A stretch of 64,000 nt of DNA from assembly GCA_050951545.1 (NCBI GenBank), contig JBMNJG010000007.1:614364-678363 (forward strand), given 5' to 3'. A model generated the notes under the pieces. It had not been told where the DNA came from. It searched no databases and worked only from the letters and a program-made list of their open reading frames with translations. Below are positions 10,218 to 20,227 of the stretch, piece by piece. This DNA comes from Limnochordia bacterium. Lineage in GTDB: Bacteria > Bacillota > Limnochordia > DTU080. Positions within the stretch are counted from its first letter, which is position 1, and each line of letters starts with the position of its first letter. The position numbers were made by a program, and so were the translations under genes.

Positions 10218-10459
10218 GTCGTGGCGGCCAGCTCTGTCTTGGCGAGAGGGAGCGGGCGGCGTCTTTTGCTCTGGCTCCGCGCTGACGCCCAGAGGTCATC
10301 GCGTGGACAACCTCACTGTTGGGGAGATGATCGACTCTGACATGGTGGGCACACACGCCAGGTTGTACAGTAATGCGTGAGGTCGAAGCGCAAAAAGGAT
10401 TCCAGTTTCCTGACTATTCGTGATATATTAGAGTCGCAAGGCAGAAGGGAGATGAAAGA

Positions 10460-11569
10460 ATGTATCCCCCTCTTCCTGGAGTCTGTCTGTTCGTTCTCAT
10501 GATGGCCATAGCTGCACCACTCCCTGCATATGCGCAGCATGTACTCGCGTCGCTACCTCAGGGCCTTGGTCTGGCTGCTCAGTACCCTGGTGATGTGGGC
10601 ATTGCCAGCCATCCTCACGCGGTCTTTGTCGAGGGCTTTGAGGTCGCTGGTGTCGAGCATCTCCAGGAACGATGGAGCACGGTAAAGGACCCGATGACAT
10701 TGCGGGTCAGTGAGCTTGCTCCCGTTGGCAGTCCGGGCTCTCGGTCTCTGCAAGTGATTGCTAGACGGGGTGAAAACACTGGTGGCTACGTGTTCAAGGT
10801 GTTGGATGACGGATACGACAAGCTCCACATGCGCTTCTATGTCAGATTTGCTGCGGATCATCCCTATTCGCATCATTTTGTCCGGATGGGGGGAAGGGTT
10901 GATGCTCCCCCCTACCCGTTAGGAGGAGCTGGCAAACGGCCCGAGGATCACTTCTCTGTGGGTCTGGATGCCATGACAGCCTCTGGGAATACCTACCCAG
11001 CTGTCAAGTATTCACCTCCCGGCGTGTGGGGCTTCTACAACTACTGGCCTGAGATGCGTTCGTGGCAGACTCCGTGGGGAGATGCAGATCCGACCAATCC
11101 AAGCTACTACGGCAACACCTTCCACCCTCGTCCGCCAGTGCCTATCCCGCGAGAGGCATGGATCTGCGTGGAGATCATGGCCAAGGTGAACTCGACGCCA
11201 GAGGTCTCTGACGGGGAGCTAGCCCTGTGGATCGACGGAAGACTGGTGGCTCACTATGCGCCAGGCAGCATCGCCGGGTACTGGGTGCGTGACGCCTTTC
11301 GTACAGACCCCACCAATATGCAGAGCAGGCCGTTTACAGGCTTTCGCTGGCGGAACGACACTCGGACTAAACTCCGGACTGTTAAGCTGGAGAACTACCT
11401 TGAAGATCGAGCCTACGAGTGGACCGAGGCATATCTGCGTGAGCATCTGGGAGTCATGGCCAATACGAAGGAAGCCATCGTCTGGTTTGACCATCTTGTG
11501 GTAGCGACGGAGTACATCGGGCCGATGGGAGCTAGTGCAAGCGAGACACACAAAGGACAGGAGGAGTGA
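10460..11569 (+). CDS. Secreted protein, possible polysaccharide-lyase/jelly-roll fold
   Basis: Signal peptide; RFYVRF, WICVEIMAKVNS, DGELALWIDG and WFDHLVVATEYIGP motifs. Confidence 0.55.
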   Translation: MYPPLPGVCLFVLMMAIAAPLPAYAQHVLASLPQGLGLAAQYPGDVGIASHPHAVFVEGFEVAGVEHLQERWSTVKDPMTLRVSELAPVGSPGSRSLQVIARRGENTGGYVFKVLDDGYDKLHMRFYVRFAADHPYSHHFVRMGGRVDAPPYPLGGAGKRPEDHFSVGLDAMTASGNTYPAVKYSPPGVWGFYNYWPEMRSWQTPWGDADPTNPSYYGNTFHPRPPVPIPREAWICVEIMAKVNSTPEVSDGELALWIDGRLVAHYAPGSIAGYWVRDAFRTDPTNMQSRPFTGFRWRNDTRTKLRTVKLENYLEDRAYEWTEAYLREHLGVMANTKEAIVWFDHLVVATEYIGPMGASASETHKGQEE

Positions 11570-12849
11570 AAATGACGAGGCGCGCGCCTGCAGGTGTCTG
11601 GGTTCTCGCATTGGTTGCGATCGTTGTGACACTCTCGGCGACCGCAGCGGCTAAGGTGAAGATCGCTGTGACGATCTGCTGCGAGCAGCTGGATCGTCAC
11701 GAGTGGCTGATGAGTACGGCAGAAGCCTACATGAAGGAGAACCCCCGAATTGAGATCGAGCCACTCCTCGACGTGGGAATCAGCAAATTGACACCCATGA
11801 TCGCAGGTGGGGTAGCCCCCGATCTTATCTGGACCGGGCAGTCGTGGGGGAACCAGATGGGGTATTTCCTGCCCCTCACAGAGTTCTACGCCAAGAATCC
11901 GGCTTTTGTGAAGGACCTGGTACCCGGTATGGTAAAGGGTTTCTCATTCAATGGAGTCAGCTATGCGATACCTTTTAGTGCCTCAAGTCGAGCTGTAGCC
12001 TTCAACGCCGAGCTGCTCCAAAAAGCTGGTACCCAACCTCCGTCTCGAGAGTGGACGTGGAACGAGGCTTTGAGCATGGGGAAGAAGCTCACACGTGATA
12101 CGGACGGCGACGGTGTTCCGGACACGTGGGGCATGGTCCTGAACTGGCAACCCTGGAGCTTCTTTGCCTACGGAGAGAGCATCTACACGGACGATGGCCA
12201 GGGCGCGAATATCTTCCAGGAGGCCATACTCAAAGCTACGGGAATCTGGCTCGATGTCTATTCCGGCAAGCTCGGAATCATGCCTTCATCGATCGTTGGC
12301 GTGGATACCTCTGCCGGTGATCTTTTCACGCAAGGCAAACTCGGATTCTGGGACATTGGCATCTTTGAGGTGCCTTTCATTCGTGAGCGCACTTCTTTTG
12401 AGTGGGACGTACAGGAGTTTCCGATGCTTGAGCATGGGGGCCAGATGCTGCGTGGAGGCGTGTGGACTGGGGAGGGCTATGGCATCTACAAGGACTGCAA
12501 GCATCCCGAAGAGGCCATGCGTTTTGCGCAGTTCATGCTCTCGCGTGAGAATCTCTCTCGGCTTGCGGACACGGGGGCCATCATGCCTGCCTCGCAATCG
12601 ACATTGGCCACTTCCTTCTTGCGAACGACGCAAGCCCCCAAGAATCTGAAAGCCTTCGTCAATTCCCTGGATTACCAGATGGCTGCTTGGGCGCATCCGG
12701 CGTTTGGCAATATCATGAGCCAGATGTTCGGGCCTATATGGAATCAGACGTCGGCTCACAATGGATCGATACCCGTGGAGACATTACTGGAGGCCTCCCA
12801 GAAGGCACTACAGCGTGCACTCGACGATTTCTGGGTTACCACCAAGTAG
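11566..12849 (+). CDS. ABC sugar-binding protein
   Basis: Signal peptide, IAGGVAPD, WTWNE, TRDTDGDGVPD and WDV motifs. Confidence 0.9.
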   Translation: MKMTRRAPAGVWVLALVAIVVTLSATAAAKVKIAVTICCEQLDRHEWLMSTAEAYMKENPRIEIEPLLDVGISKLTPMIAGGVAPDLIWTGQSWGNQMGYFLPLTEFYAKNPAFVKDLVPGMVKGFSFNGVSYAIPFSASSRAVAFNAELLQKAGTQPPSREWTWNEALSMGKKLTRDTDGDGVPDTWGMVLNWQPWSFFAYGESIYTDDGQGANIFQEAILKATGIWLDVYSGKLGIMPSSIVGVDTSAGDLFTQGKLGFWDIGIFEVPFIRERTSFEWDVQEFPMLEHGGQMLRGGVWTGEGYGIYKDCKHPEEAMRFAQFMLSRENLSRLADTGAIMPASQSTLATSFLRTTQAPKNLKAFVNSLDYQMAAWAHPAFGNIMSQMFGPIWNQTSAHNGSIPVETLLEASQKALQRALDDFWVTTK

Positions 12850-12921
12850 CAGCTAAGCAACTAGAAGGCTGGTGTACTGAGCCATCTGTCCGTACAAGGC
12901 GTTTCGGGCAGATGGCTCGTT

Positions 12922-14133
12922 TCACGCATATTTCTCGGCTGCTTCAATCGCCAGCCGGGTCCACACATGCAGGCGGTCCTGGTTGCCAGCGAGGGTCTGC
13001 AGTTCTCGTAGCACAACCTGGACGTAGCAGCCCTGTAGCTGCCGCAGCCCTTCGTCCAAGTCATGTCTGAGTGCGGCTTCGTCGGGGGCAAACACGACCG
13101 TACTGGCCTTCTGACGCCACATGATGACGTGTTCGGTGCCGACGCGTTCAATGACCGTCGGCAGATCAGTCCAGGCGCTGCAGACAAAAATGCGGAGGTT
13201 GGGGATAGCCAGCACACCGTCGATCTTGTGGGTGAGGTTTTCGCAGCAGCCGTAACCGACGAGACCGAACTTCTCGAAGATGGGCAGTTGATAGTTGAGG
13301 CAGAACTCTTGCCACATTTGCGGGGAAACCTGATCGAACTCTTGGCTGTTAGCCATCACCCACAGGTTCTTGTAGGTTACAGGCTCACCAGGTGGCGAGG
13401 GAGCAATGGGGGCGCTACAGGTCATAGGCCCAGTGTTGTTGGGAGTAAGCAAGCCAGTTGCCTCCACTTGACGCATGCTTTGCAGCACTCCGTCTCTCAG
13501 ATGACTCATCAGGCGATGCATCAAGTGAGGGGCGTCGATCATGTCTAGCATCATCTGGGTGAGGCCGCGCAGATAGGCAGCGGGGTTACATAGGGTAGCC
13601 GTAAGGGGCGGTGCGCACACCAATCTGACGGGCAGGATGTCACCAAGAAGGTCATGGGCTCGTGACAGGTTGATCTGGGTCCGTTTCTCGTTGAAGGTCA
13701 GGCGGGGCAGACGTAGTTTGGCGAAGTCTTCTTCCGTCTGTAGAGGAGGATCGTAAGCCCAGGCACCGTCCTCTTCCGCGGGCCTTGTTTGGTGGATGTC
13801 GACTCCCCATACATTGGGAGGGTCGTAGCTAAACACGGCAGAGACCGGAAAGGTGCCCTCCAGAGGGGTATCGTCACCGATCTCCAACTTGATGATTTCC
13901 ATGCGTAGGTGGCGTTCAATGGTGCGGAGCCAAGGTTCGCTGCACAGCAGAGCGTCTTCAGGCAGAAGCTCCTTCCAAGCGCCAACTGGCCTGCACCACA
14001 CAGGTGGCCGGTCGGGTTTGCGCAACGCGTTCACATCACGCCAACGCTGACAGATCGTGGCGTTTCTAGGACTGGCCGCAGCTTCGGCCAGGCGTTGCGC
14101 CAGAGCGCGCAGATAGGAACGTTCGTCTTGCAT
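12922..14133 (-). CDS. Uroporphyrinogen decarboxylase/methyltransferase-like protein
   Basis: LRGLTQMMLDM, VSPQMWQEF and YGCCE motifs; start re-called at ATG 14133 after GGAGG. Confidence 0.7.
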   Translation of the reverse strand: MQDERSYLRALAQRLAEAAASPRNATICQRWRDVNALRKPDRPPVWCRPVGAWKELLPEDALLCSEPWLRTIERHLRMEIIKLEIGDDTPLEGTFPVSAVFSYDPPNVWGVDIHQTRPAEEDGAWAYDPPLQTEEDFAKLRLPRLTFNEKRTQINLSRAHDLLGDILPVRLVCAPPLTATLCNPAAYLRGLTQMMLDMIDAPHLMHRLMSHLRDGVLQSMRQVEATGLLTPNNTGPMTCSAPIAPSPPGEPVTYKNLWVMANSQEFDQVSPQMWQEFCLNYQLPIFEKFGLVGYGCCENLTHKIDGVLAIPNLRIFVCSAWTDLPTVIERVGTEHVIMWRQKASTVVFAPDEAALRHDLDEGLRQLQGCYVQVVLRELQTLAGNQDRLHVWTRLAIEAAEKYA

Positions 14134-14239
14134 GCCGGGTACCTCCAGACCATGTGCTCGCCGAGAGTAGACGCTGTTCATGTGTGGTCCATGACCTCTG
14201 CTCGCCTGTTCTACTCGTTCAGGGCAATTCCTGTCAATC

Positions 14240-14778
14240 ACCCAACGTTGATGCGGGACTCGGAGCGCTTCAAGGTCAAGAAGCACGAGGAGCGCACGGT
14301 AGAAACGGCGATAGGCCAGAGTGTGCGCTTTCGCCGGCGGCAGTACTTTGACTGCAAGAAGAACAAGTACGTGTTCCTGCTGGATGAGGCGCTCAGCCTA
14401 GAGCCCTACAAGCAGATCAGCCCGCTGTTGGCAGAAACGCTCCTGGAGATGGCCGTTAACACCTCGGCCTACCGGAAGGCGGCTGATAGCCTGGAGGCGA
14501 TTCAGGGGCATCGGGTCGTCAGCCACGAGACGGTGCGTCAGAGGGTCCTAGAGGCTGGTGAGCGTCTACAGGATGCCCAGGATGCAGAACTGGCCGATCC
14601 ATGCGGAAAGGGTCGTGTGCCCGTCCTGTTCCTTGAGGTAGACGGGTTGTGGGTTCACCTTCAGCAGCAGCAGCGGAAGTCAACTGAAGAGAAGATGCTG
14701 ACGGTGCATGAGGGTTGGCAGCCACGTTACTCGGAGGGAAAGTCTGGTGGCTCCGTCGCGAATGACTGGCTTTTGTAG
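14240..14778 (+). mobile_element. ISLre2-family (UPF0236) transposase fragment
   Basis: RTVETAIG..FRRRQY..VFLLDEAL, SAYRKAA, SHETVR, LFLEVDGLWV and HEGW motifs; both ends missing. Confidence 0.8.
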
Positions 14779-14796
14779 TAGAATTGACATATACGC

Positions 14797-16776
14797 GTGG
14801 CAGTAAAGGAGCGATGCCTGATGATGCGCAGGGCTTGTGGTGGTGCGAGTGCCTGGATCCTCGCATTTTTGCTGTGGTGGCCAGTCCCTATCGTAGTTGC
14901 CCAGGCCGTTGGTCCTGCTACGCCAGATCGCCCACTAGACGCAACTGACTTGGAGACGTTCTTTGATGGCCTTATGGCTGCTCACTTCCAAGCCTACCAT
15001 ATTCCCGGGGCTTCAGTGGCCGTAGTCAAGGACGGGGAGATTCTCCTCGCCAAGGGATATGGCTACGCCGACCTCGACAACGGGACACCTGTTGAGGCCA
15101 CAAAGACTCTCTTTCGGTTGGGATCGGTTTCGAAACTGTTCATCTGGACTGCGGTCATGCAACTAGTCGAGCGCGGTCTGCTCGATCTGCATCAGGATAT
15201 CAATGCATACTTGGCTGATACAGATGTCCGTGTGCCTCCGGCTTTCTCCGCTCCCATCACCATGGCTCACCTCATGAACCACTCCGCGGGCTTCGAGGAT
15301 CGAAACATTGGCTTGTTTAGCCGCGACCCCGAGAGTGTGCGTCCGCTTGGTGAAGTGTTGGCCACCAGGCTCCCCCAGCGTGTACTACCGCCTGGTGAGG
15401 TCACTGCCTATTCGAACTACGGGACGGCGCTGGCCGCCTATGTGGTAGAAGCGATCAGTGGCCTACCTTGGACCACCTATGTGGAGGAAAACATCCTGAA
15501 GCCGCTGGGTATGGAGCAGACCACGCCACGACAACCAGTTCCAGCGCCTCTACAAGACAACCTGGCTGTGGGTTACTACTATAGTCCTGCTTCGGCGGAC
15601 TATGAGCCGCAACCGTTTGAGTACGTACCTGCAGCTCCGGCTGGCGCCTTTAGTGCTACGGCCACGGATGCGGCAAGGTTCATGATCGCCCATCTGCAGC
15701 TGGGGCAGCTCGACGACGCCCGGATCTTGAAGGCCGAGACAGCTCAGAGCATGCACAGTGCTAGTCTTCGTCAGGACTCGCGACTGGGTGGTGTAGCTCA
15801 TGGCTTCCTGGAACGGCCCTACGGCAGGTTACGCACCATGGGTCATGGTGGCGATACCTTTGCGTTCCACACGGAGTTGCGTCTGGTACCTTCCCATGAT
15901 CTGGGCCTCTTTGTCGCCTACAACAGCCCCGATGGCGCTATGGCTCGCGACCAGTTGGTGCGGGCGTTCTTCGATCGCTATTTCGCTAGCTATGCCAACG
16001 AGTCTGTTGAGAGCGGAGACAAAGGGGCGCGAACAGGCGAGGGCGAGGGGCTGAGTCAGCATGCTGGTGTGTATCGCTCTACGAGGGTGCCTCGCACCAC
16101 TCTAGACCGGATGATGGAGCTCCTGAGTGTCACTACTGTTCGGGTCAACCGAGCAGACCCCACTGGCACTTCGCTTCTGGTCGGCTTTGGGCTGGGTAAA
16201 GAGCCACTGCAGTTTCGCCAAGTCGACGATGGGGTATTCCAGGAGGTTGGGGCTACGGGGCACATCCGGTTTGTCACCGACCAGCAAGGTCAACCGGACA
16301 GGCTGCTCATGGGCTCTGTCTGGATGTCAGAGAAGATGAGCTGGTACCAGACTCCTGGTGTGCAGTTTGGCATCGTGGTGGCCTGCGCGCTGGCGTTGCT
16401 CTCAGCGGTGACCGCATGGTCAGTGGCTGCGCTGCGCCAGAGACGTCGGGGGCCAGATGCGCAGTGTCTGCAACGAGCGAGGTGGCTCGCTGGGGTCGTG
16501 AGCGCTTTGTATCTTATCGTGTTGGTGTCCCTGGTGGTGGTTCTGAAGGATCCGATGGAACTCGCCTTTGGGGTGCCCAGAGGGCTACGGTTTATGCTTG
16601 GCGTAGCCACGCTCGCAGCGCTACTATCGCCAGTAGTGGCGGTGGTGGCAGTCGTTGTGTGGCGGCATCGCTATGGTAGTTTGGCAAGCCGAGTGCACTA
16701 CCTACTGGTAGCCTTGGCGAATGTGACACTGGCTTTGTGGTTCAACCACTGGAACCTTTTTGGGGCTCGTTTCTGA
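14797..16776 (+). CDS. Serine hydrolase (beta-lactamase/AmpC-like) with C-terminal membrane domain
   Basis: SxxK (GSVSK), YSN and HGG motifs; signal peptide; several C-terminal TM helices. Confidence 0.88.
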   Translation: MAVKERCLMMRRACGGASAWILAFLLWWPVPIVVAQAVGPATPDRPLDATDLETFFDGLMAAHFQAYHIPGASVAVVKDGEILLAKGYGYADLDNGTPVEATKTLFRLGSVSKLFIWTAVMQLVERGLLDLHQDINAYLADTDVRVPPAFSAPITMAHLMNHSAGFEDRNIGLFSRDPESVRPLGEVLATRLPQRVLPPGEVTAYSNYGTALAAYVVEAISGLPWTTYVEENILKPLGMEQTTPRQPVPAPLQDNLAVGYYYSPASADYEPQPFEYVPAAPAGAFSATATDAARFMIAHLQLGQLDDARILKAETAQSMHSASLRQDSRLGGVAHGFLERPYGRLRTMGHGGDTFAFHTELRLVPSHDLGLFVAYNSPDGAMARDQLVRAFFDRYFASYANESVESGDKGARTGEGEGLSQHAGVYRSTRVPRTTLDRMMELLSVTTVRVNRADPTGTSLLVGFGLGKEPLQFRQVDDGVFQEVGATGHIRFVTDQQGQPDRLLMGSVWMSEKMSWYQTPGVQFGIVVACALALLSAVTAWSVAALRQRRRGPDAQCLQRARWLAGVVSALYLIVLVSLVVVLKDPMELAFGVPRGLRFMLGVATLAALLSPVVAVVAVVVWRHRYGSLASRVHYLLVALANVTLALWFNHWNLFGARF

Positions 16777-17410
16777 AAGTCGTCGACGCACAGCCAGAGT
16801 CGACATGTTCGTACTCCGTAAGGGTCACGAGGTCCCCCTTGATGATAACTCTACTGTGCTCACCTAGCATCGACTGGGTGAGCGCCTTTTGGATGATCCC
16901 CTCTTCCCGAAGATCCTGCTCGAGAATCTCCCGTCTGCATGCTCCGCTATACCTAGCGCTTCTCTCAATTTGCGTCACACGTTCCGTGGTGGCGCCCTGG
17001 ATTTCTCCGATCTCAGCGAGTGTAAGCGGGGGGCAACCTCCCAAGCCCGTGCGCCTCTATCAGGGCGAACTCACTATCTGACAGATCGGCTTGCGCGATA
17101 TACCCCAGGGAAAGAGACATGAGGTCAAGTAGGCTATCACGCCCCGTAACCCCAATAGCTGCTAACTGAGTAAGGGCGGGAGGCGCAGAAAGCTCTCAAC
17201 GAGATCGTCCCTCACAGATACAATCTCGGCAACAACGGATTCACGGCCACTGCAAACCACCCTTAGACTCTCGTCGGACAGAGCGACAAAGTCTTCGGGT
17301 TTTCGCACGCGGGCATCCAGAACGACTGCAAAAGCATCTGGCGTCAGTTCCTGCAGTGCCTCTGCAAAAAGTGTGTCCCGTAGCTGCGAGAGCGCAAGGT
17401 TATTGGGCAA
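16742..17410 (-). pseudogene. Remnants of an RNAP-alpha-CTD-like + sigma-70 region 4 protein
   Basis: 17162-17410 shows an alpha-CTD/HhH-like pattern (DFVALSDESL..GRESVVAEI); 16742-17044 has LTLAEIGEIQGATTERVTQIE. Confidence 0.45.
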
Positions 17411-17636
17411 GGTAATACTCCTACATCAGGGATTCTAAGACATCACCAGCCATATTCGCTCTAGTTCGTGTCTCCGAAACAATTCAAGGTCTGTAAGGCA
17501 TGTCCTGCATAGCCGTGAAGCGTATGCAGTGCGGGCCGCAAGGTATGAGCGGACCTATTGAAGAAGGAAAGCCTGTCCAGATTTCTAAATGGGTTCTTGG
17601 GTTGCGCACAATATGTATACATGAGGAGGAAAGGAA

Positions 17637-18848
17637 TTGAATGAACGTATTGAACAGGCGCGTCAAGCTGCACTGGACATTCTGCAGCCGAGCAAGAGGG
17701 ATCTTGAGCATGGGCTAGAGCTTCATAAAAACTCGCTCGTATGGGACTCCTATGGCTTTGCCCCGCGTGCGGCGATTGACGGCGATGCGTTGCAGAAGGC
17801 CTTGGAGAGCGGTGCTTCAGAGGTAGAGCTTCGCGACATGACTGAAGACATGACGATGACGCGCCAGGTCACCGATCCGGTTGAGCGCCAAGAGTTTAAG
17901 GAGGCTTGGGAAGCTGCTGGCGTCACTTGTATCTTCCAGAACGCCGGAGTAGAAAGCCAAGACCCACTCCAAATCATCAAGCGCTTGTCACGTTTCACAT
18001 ATGCGGCAGACGCAATGGACGAGTTTTTGATCCGGGCCAGCTTTCCCAGTGACGTTGAGCGAGCCCAGGCAGAGGGTAAGCACTGCTTCTACATGAGTTC
18101 CAACGGGGTACCTCTGGCGCAGCAATGGGTCTCTTTAGAGGAGGAGCTCACCTACATAAAGACGTTCTTCTATTTGGGTCATCGTATGATGCATATGACC
18201 TATAACCGGCGCAACATGATCGGTGATGGGTGTGCGGAATCAGCGAACGCTGGTCTGAGCGACTTTGGTCGAGCAGTCGTTGCTGAGATGAATAGAGTCG
18301 GTGTCATCGCTGATGTGGCGCATTCGGGTTGGCGGACCAGCAAGGAGGTTGCTGAGGCTTCGTCCAAGCCCATGGTGGCCAGCCACTCGGGATGTGTGGC
18401 CGTCAATGAGCACATTCGCTGCAAACCAGACGAAGTGATTCGGACGATCGCCGATACAGGCGGGTTCATCGGCATCTGCTGTATACCAGAGTTTCTCGGA
18501 CGAGGTCAAGACATCCAGGCTCTGCTCGATCACATAGATCATGTAGCCAAGAATTTCGGAGTCGATCACGTGGCTATTGGTACCGATGCGGCCTATACGT
18601 CTAGGCAGATGGGTGCTGGGTACAAAAAGGTGTCGCGTCGGCGCCGGGTGCGCAGTATCTGGGAGAGCTTCTGGCCAGAAGGTGCGCTCGGGGGAGCGGT
18701 CGACGAGAAAGCACGGCTCAGTCTCTCGTGGACAAACTGGCCACTGTTCACTGTTGGCCTCGTTCAGCGGGGCTATTCCGATGATGATATTCAGAAGATC
18801 CTTGGTGGTAACGTTTTGCGAGTCGCCAAGGCAGTGTTAGCGCAGTGA
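17637..18848 (+). CDS. Membrane dipeptidase family (peptidase M19/amidohydrolase)
   Basis: GLSDFGRAVVAEMNRVG, DVAH, SHS, HVAIGTD and ILGGN motifs. Confidence 0.88.
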   Translation: MNERIEQARQAALDILQPSKRDLEHGLELHKNSLVWDSYGFAPRAAIDGDALQKALESGASEVELRDMTEDMTMTRQVTDPVERQEFKEAWEAAGVTCIFQNAGVESQDPLQIIKRLSRFTYAADAMDEFLIRASFPSDVERAQAEGKHCFYMSSNGVPLAQQWVSLEEELTYIKTFFYLGHRMMHMTYNRRNMIGDGCAESANAGLSDFGRAVVAEMNRVGVIADVAHSGWRTSKEVAEASSKPMVASHSGCVAVNEHIRCKPDEVIRTIADTGGFIGICCIPEFLGRGQDIQALLDHIDHVAKNFGVDHVAIGTDAAYTSRQMGAGYKKVSRRRRVRSIWESFWPEGALGGAVDEKARLSLSWTNWPLFTVGLVQRGYSDDDIQKILGGNVLRVAKAVLAQ

Positions 18849-18899
18849 TTGTTGCATGAGGTTCCCGAAGGGATCTCCAGATAAGAGGGGGTACCACCA

Positions 18900-20192
18900 A
18901 TGTCCAAGGGAAAATGGGTCCTGGCCACGGCGGTCTTGCTTCTTCTCATGTCACTGTCGACCACGGTTTTCGCTGCTGAAACCATAAAGGTGCTGATCTC
19001 CTCAGCTGCACTTCATGTTGCTCGTGCTGAGGCCCTGAGGGCTGGTTTTGAGGAGACACATCCGGGACAAAAGGTAGAGCTGATCCATTCATCGGGAGAT
19101 CATCACTCCTTCCTTACCGTGCATTTGGCGGCTGGCCTCGAACTCGATGCCTGGACCGGTTGGCATACGCGCAATCACGAACTGGTGATGAAGGGCGTCG
19201 CCCTGGATTTGCGTCCTTATGTTCGACGTGATCTATCGAAGAAGGATATCGACGATTTCCTGCCGGGGATGTGGGCCTCTACCTACGTCAACTGGGGTGA
19301 ATACGGGGAAGAGCAGTATGGCCTACCCTACTATATGAATGTCTGTGGCGTTGCCTACCGGACCGACCTGCCGCTGGAGGCTGGTCTGGCCGATCTGAAT
19401 GACTTGGATTCCAGGAATCAGTGGACCTGGGGAGCCATGCGCGAGTATGCCCGCAAGCTTACCCAGGTCGTAAATGGTGAGACCACCCGTTACGGGCTGC
19501 GGATGTCCACAGATGCCACCTACACTGCCCCATGGGTGTTCGGGATGGGTGGGGCTTTCTTTGACGCCGATGGCAAATGGGTGTTGGGAAGTGAGAAGAG
19601 CCTTGAGGGACTGGAATTTGCTCAGCAGATGATCCATCAAGATGGCAGCGCGGTTCCCTGGGGTAGGGGACAACAGATCTGGACTGGGGGTGCAGCCATC
19701 CAGCAAATGAGCGTCAGCGGCATTATGGACGCCCCGCAACGTACAGAGTTGCCTATAGACATGGTGCGTCGTCCGGTGAGCCCAATCGGGAAGCGTGTAG
19801 AGATCTTCGCTAACGACCAATGGAGCATCAACCGTAGGTCGACGAGACCTGAGGCTGCTTGGGCCTTCATCAAGTATGCGGCAACTGACGGAGCGCAGGT
19901 TCTGGCGGGGTTAGGTACGCCTCCAGCCCGGATCAGTGCTTTGAAACGTTTCTTCCAGTCGGTGCAGACTCGCAGTGATAGATTCCTTCCCGTGAGCCAA
20001 GCTGCCCTGATGGGAGCGGTACTCAATGCGCGGCGGGCTCTGTTCTTCGACTTTCCCACACATAACGTCATTGAGGTGGAGAATCTCATTGACAGGGAGG
20101 TCGTGCAGAGGGCCCTGCACGCAGGCGAGATTCCGTTGACCACTGCCATCGACGATGTCGGGCGGCGGATCCAGCACTTGCTGCTGCACTGA
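18900..20192 (+). CDS. ABC sugar-binding protein
   Basis: Signal peptide ending VFA, YGLPYY, WTW, PEAAWAF. Confidence 0.88.
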   Translation: MSKGKWVLATAVLLLLMSLSTTVFAAETIKVLISSAALHVARAEALRAGFEETHPGQKVELIHSSGDHHSFLTVHLAAGLELDAWTGWHTRNHELVMKGVALDLRPYVRRDLSKKDIDDFLPGMWASTYVNWGEYGEEQYGLPYYMNVCGVAYRTDLPLEAGLADLNDLDSRNQWTWGAMREYARKLTQVVNGETTRYGLRMSTDATYTAPWVFGMGGAFFDADGKWVLGSEKSLEGLEFAQQMIHQDGSAVPWGRGQQIWTGGAAIQQMSVSGIMDAPQRTELPIDMVRRPVSPIGKRVEIFANDQWSINRRSTRPEAAWAFIKYAATDGAQVLAGLGTPPARISALKRFFQSVQTRSDRFLPVSQAALMGAVLNARRALFFDFPTHNVIEVENLIDREVVQRALHAGEIPLTTAIDDVGRRIQHLLLH

Positions 20193-20227
20193 GATTCCCG
20201 TACTGGCAAGCAGAGGAGGTAGCAACT

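Noticed and set aside
13909-14286. Long overlap between the ISLre2 ORF and the UroD-like ORF
   Set aside because: Both upstream extensions are ORF-caller artefacts; recognisable sequence starts at about 14240 (+) and 14133 (-).
14797-16776. Beta-lactamase resistance gene
   Set aside because: The motifs fit the broad serine-hydrolase family with a membrane anchor; nothing supports antibiotic resistance specifically.
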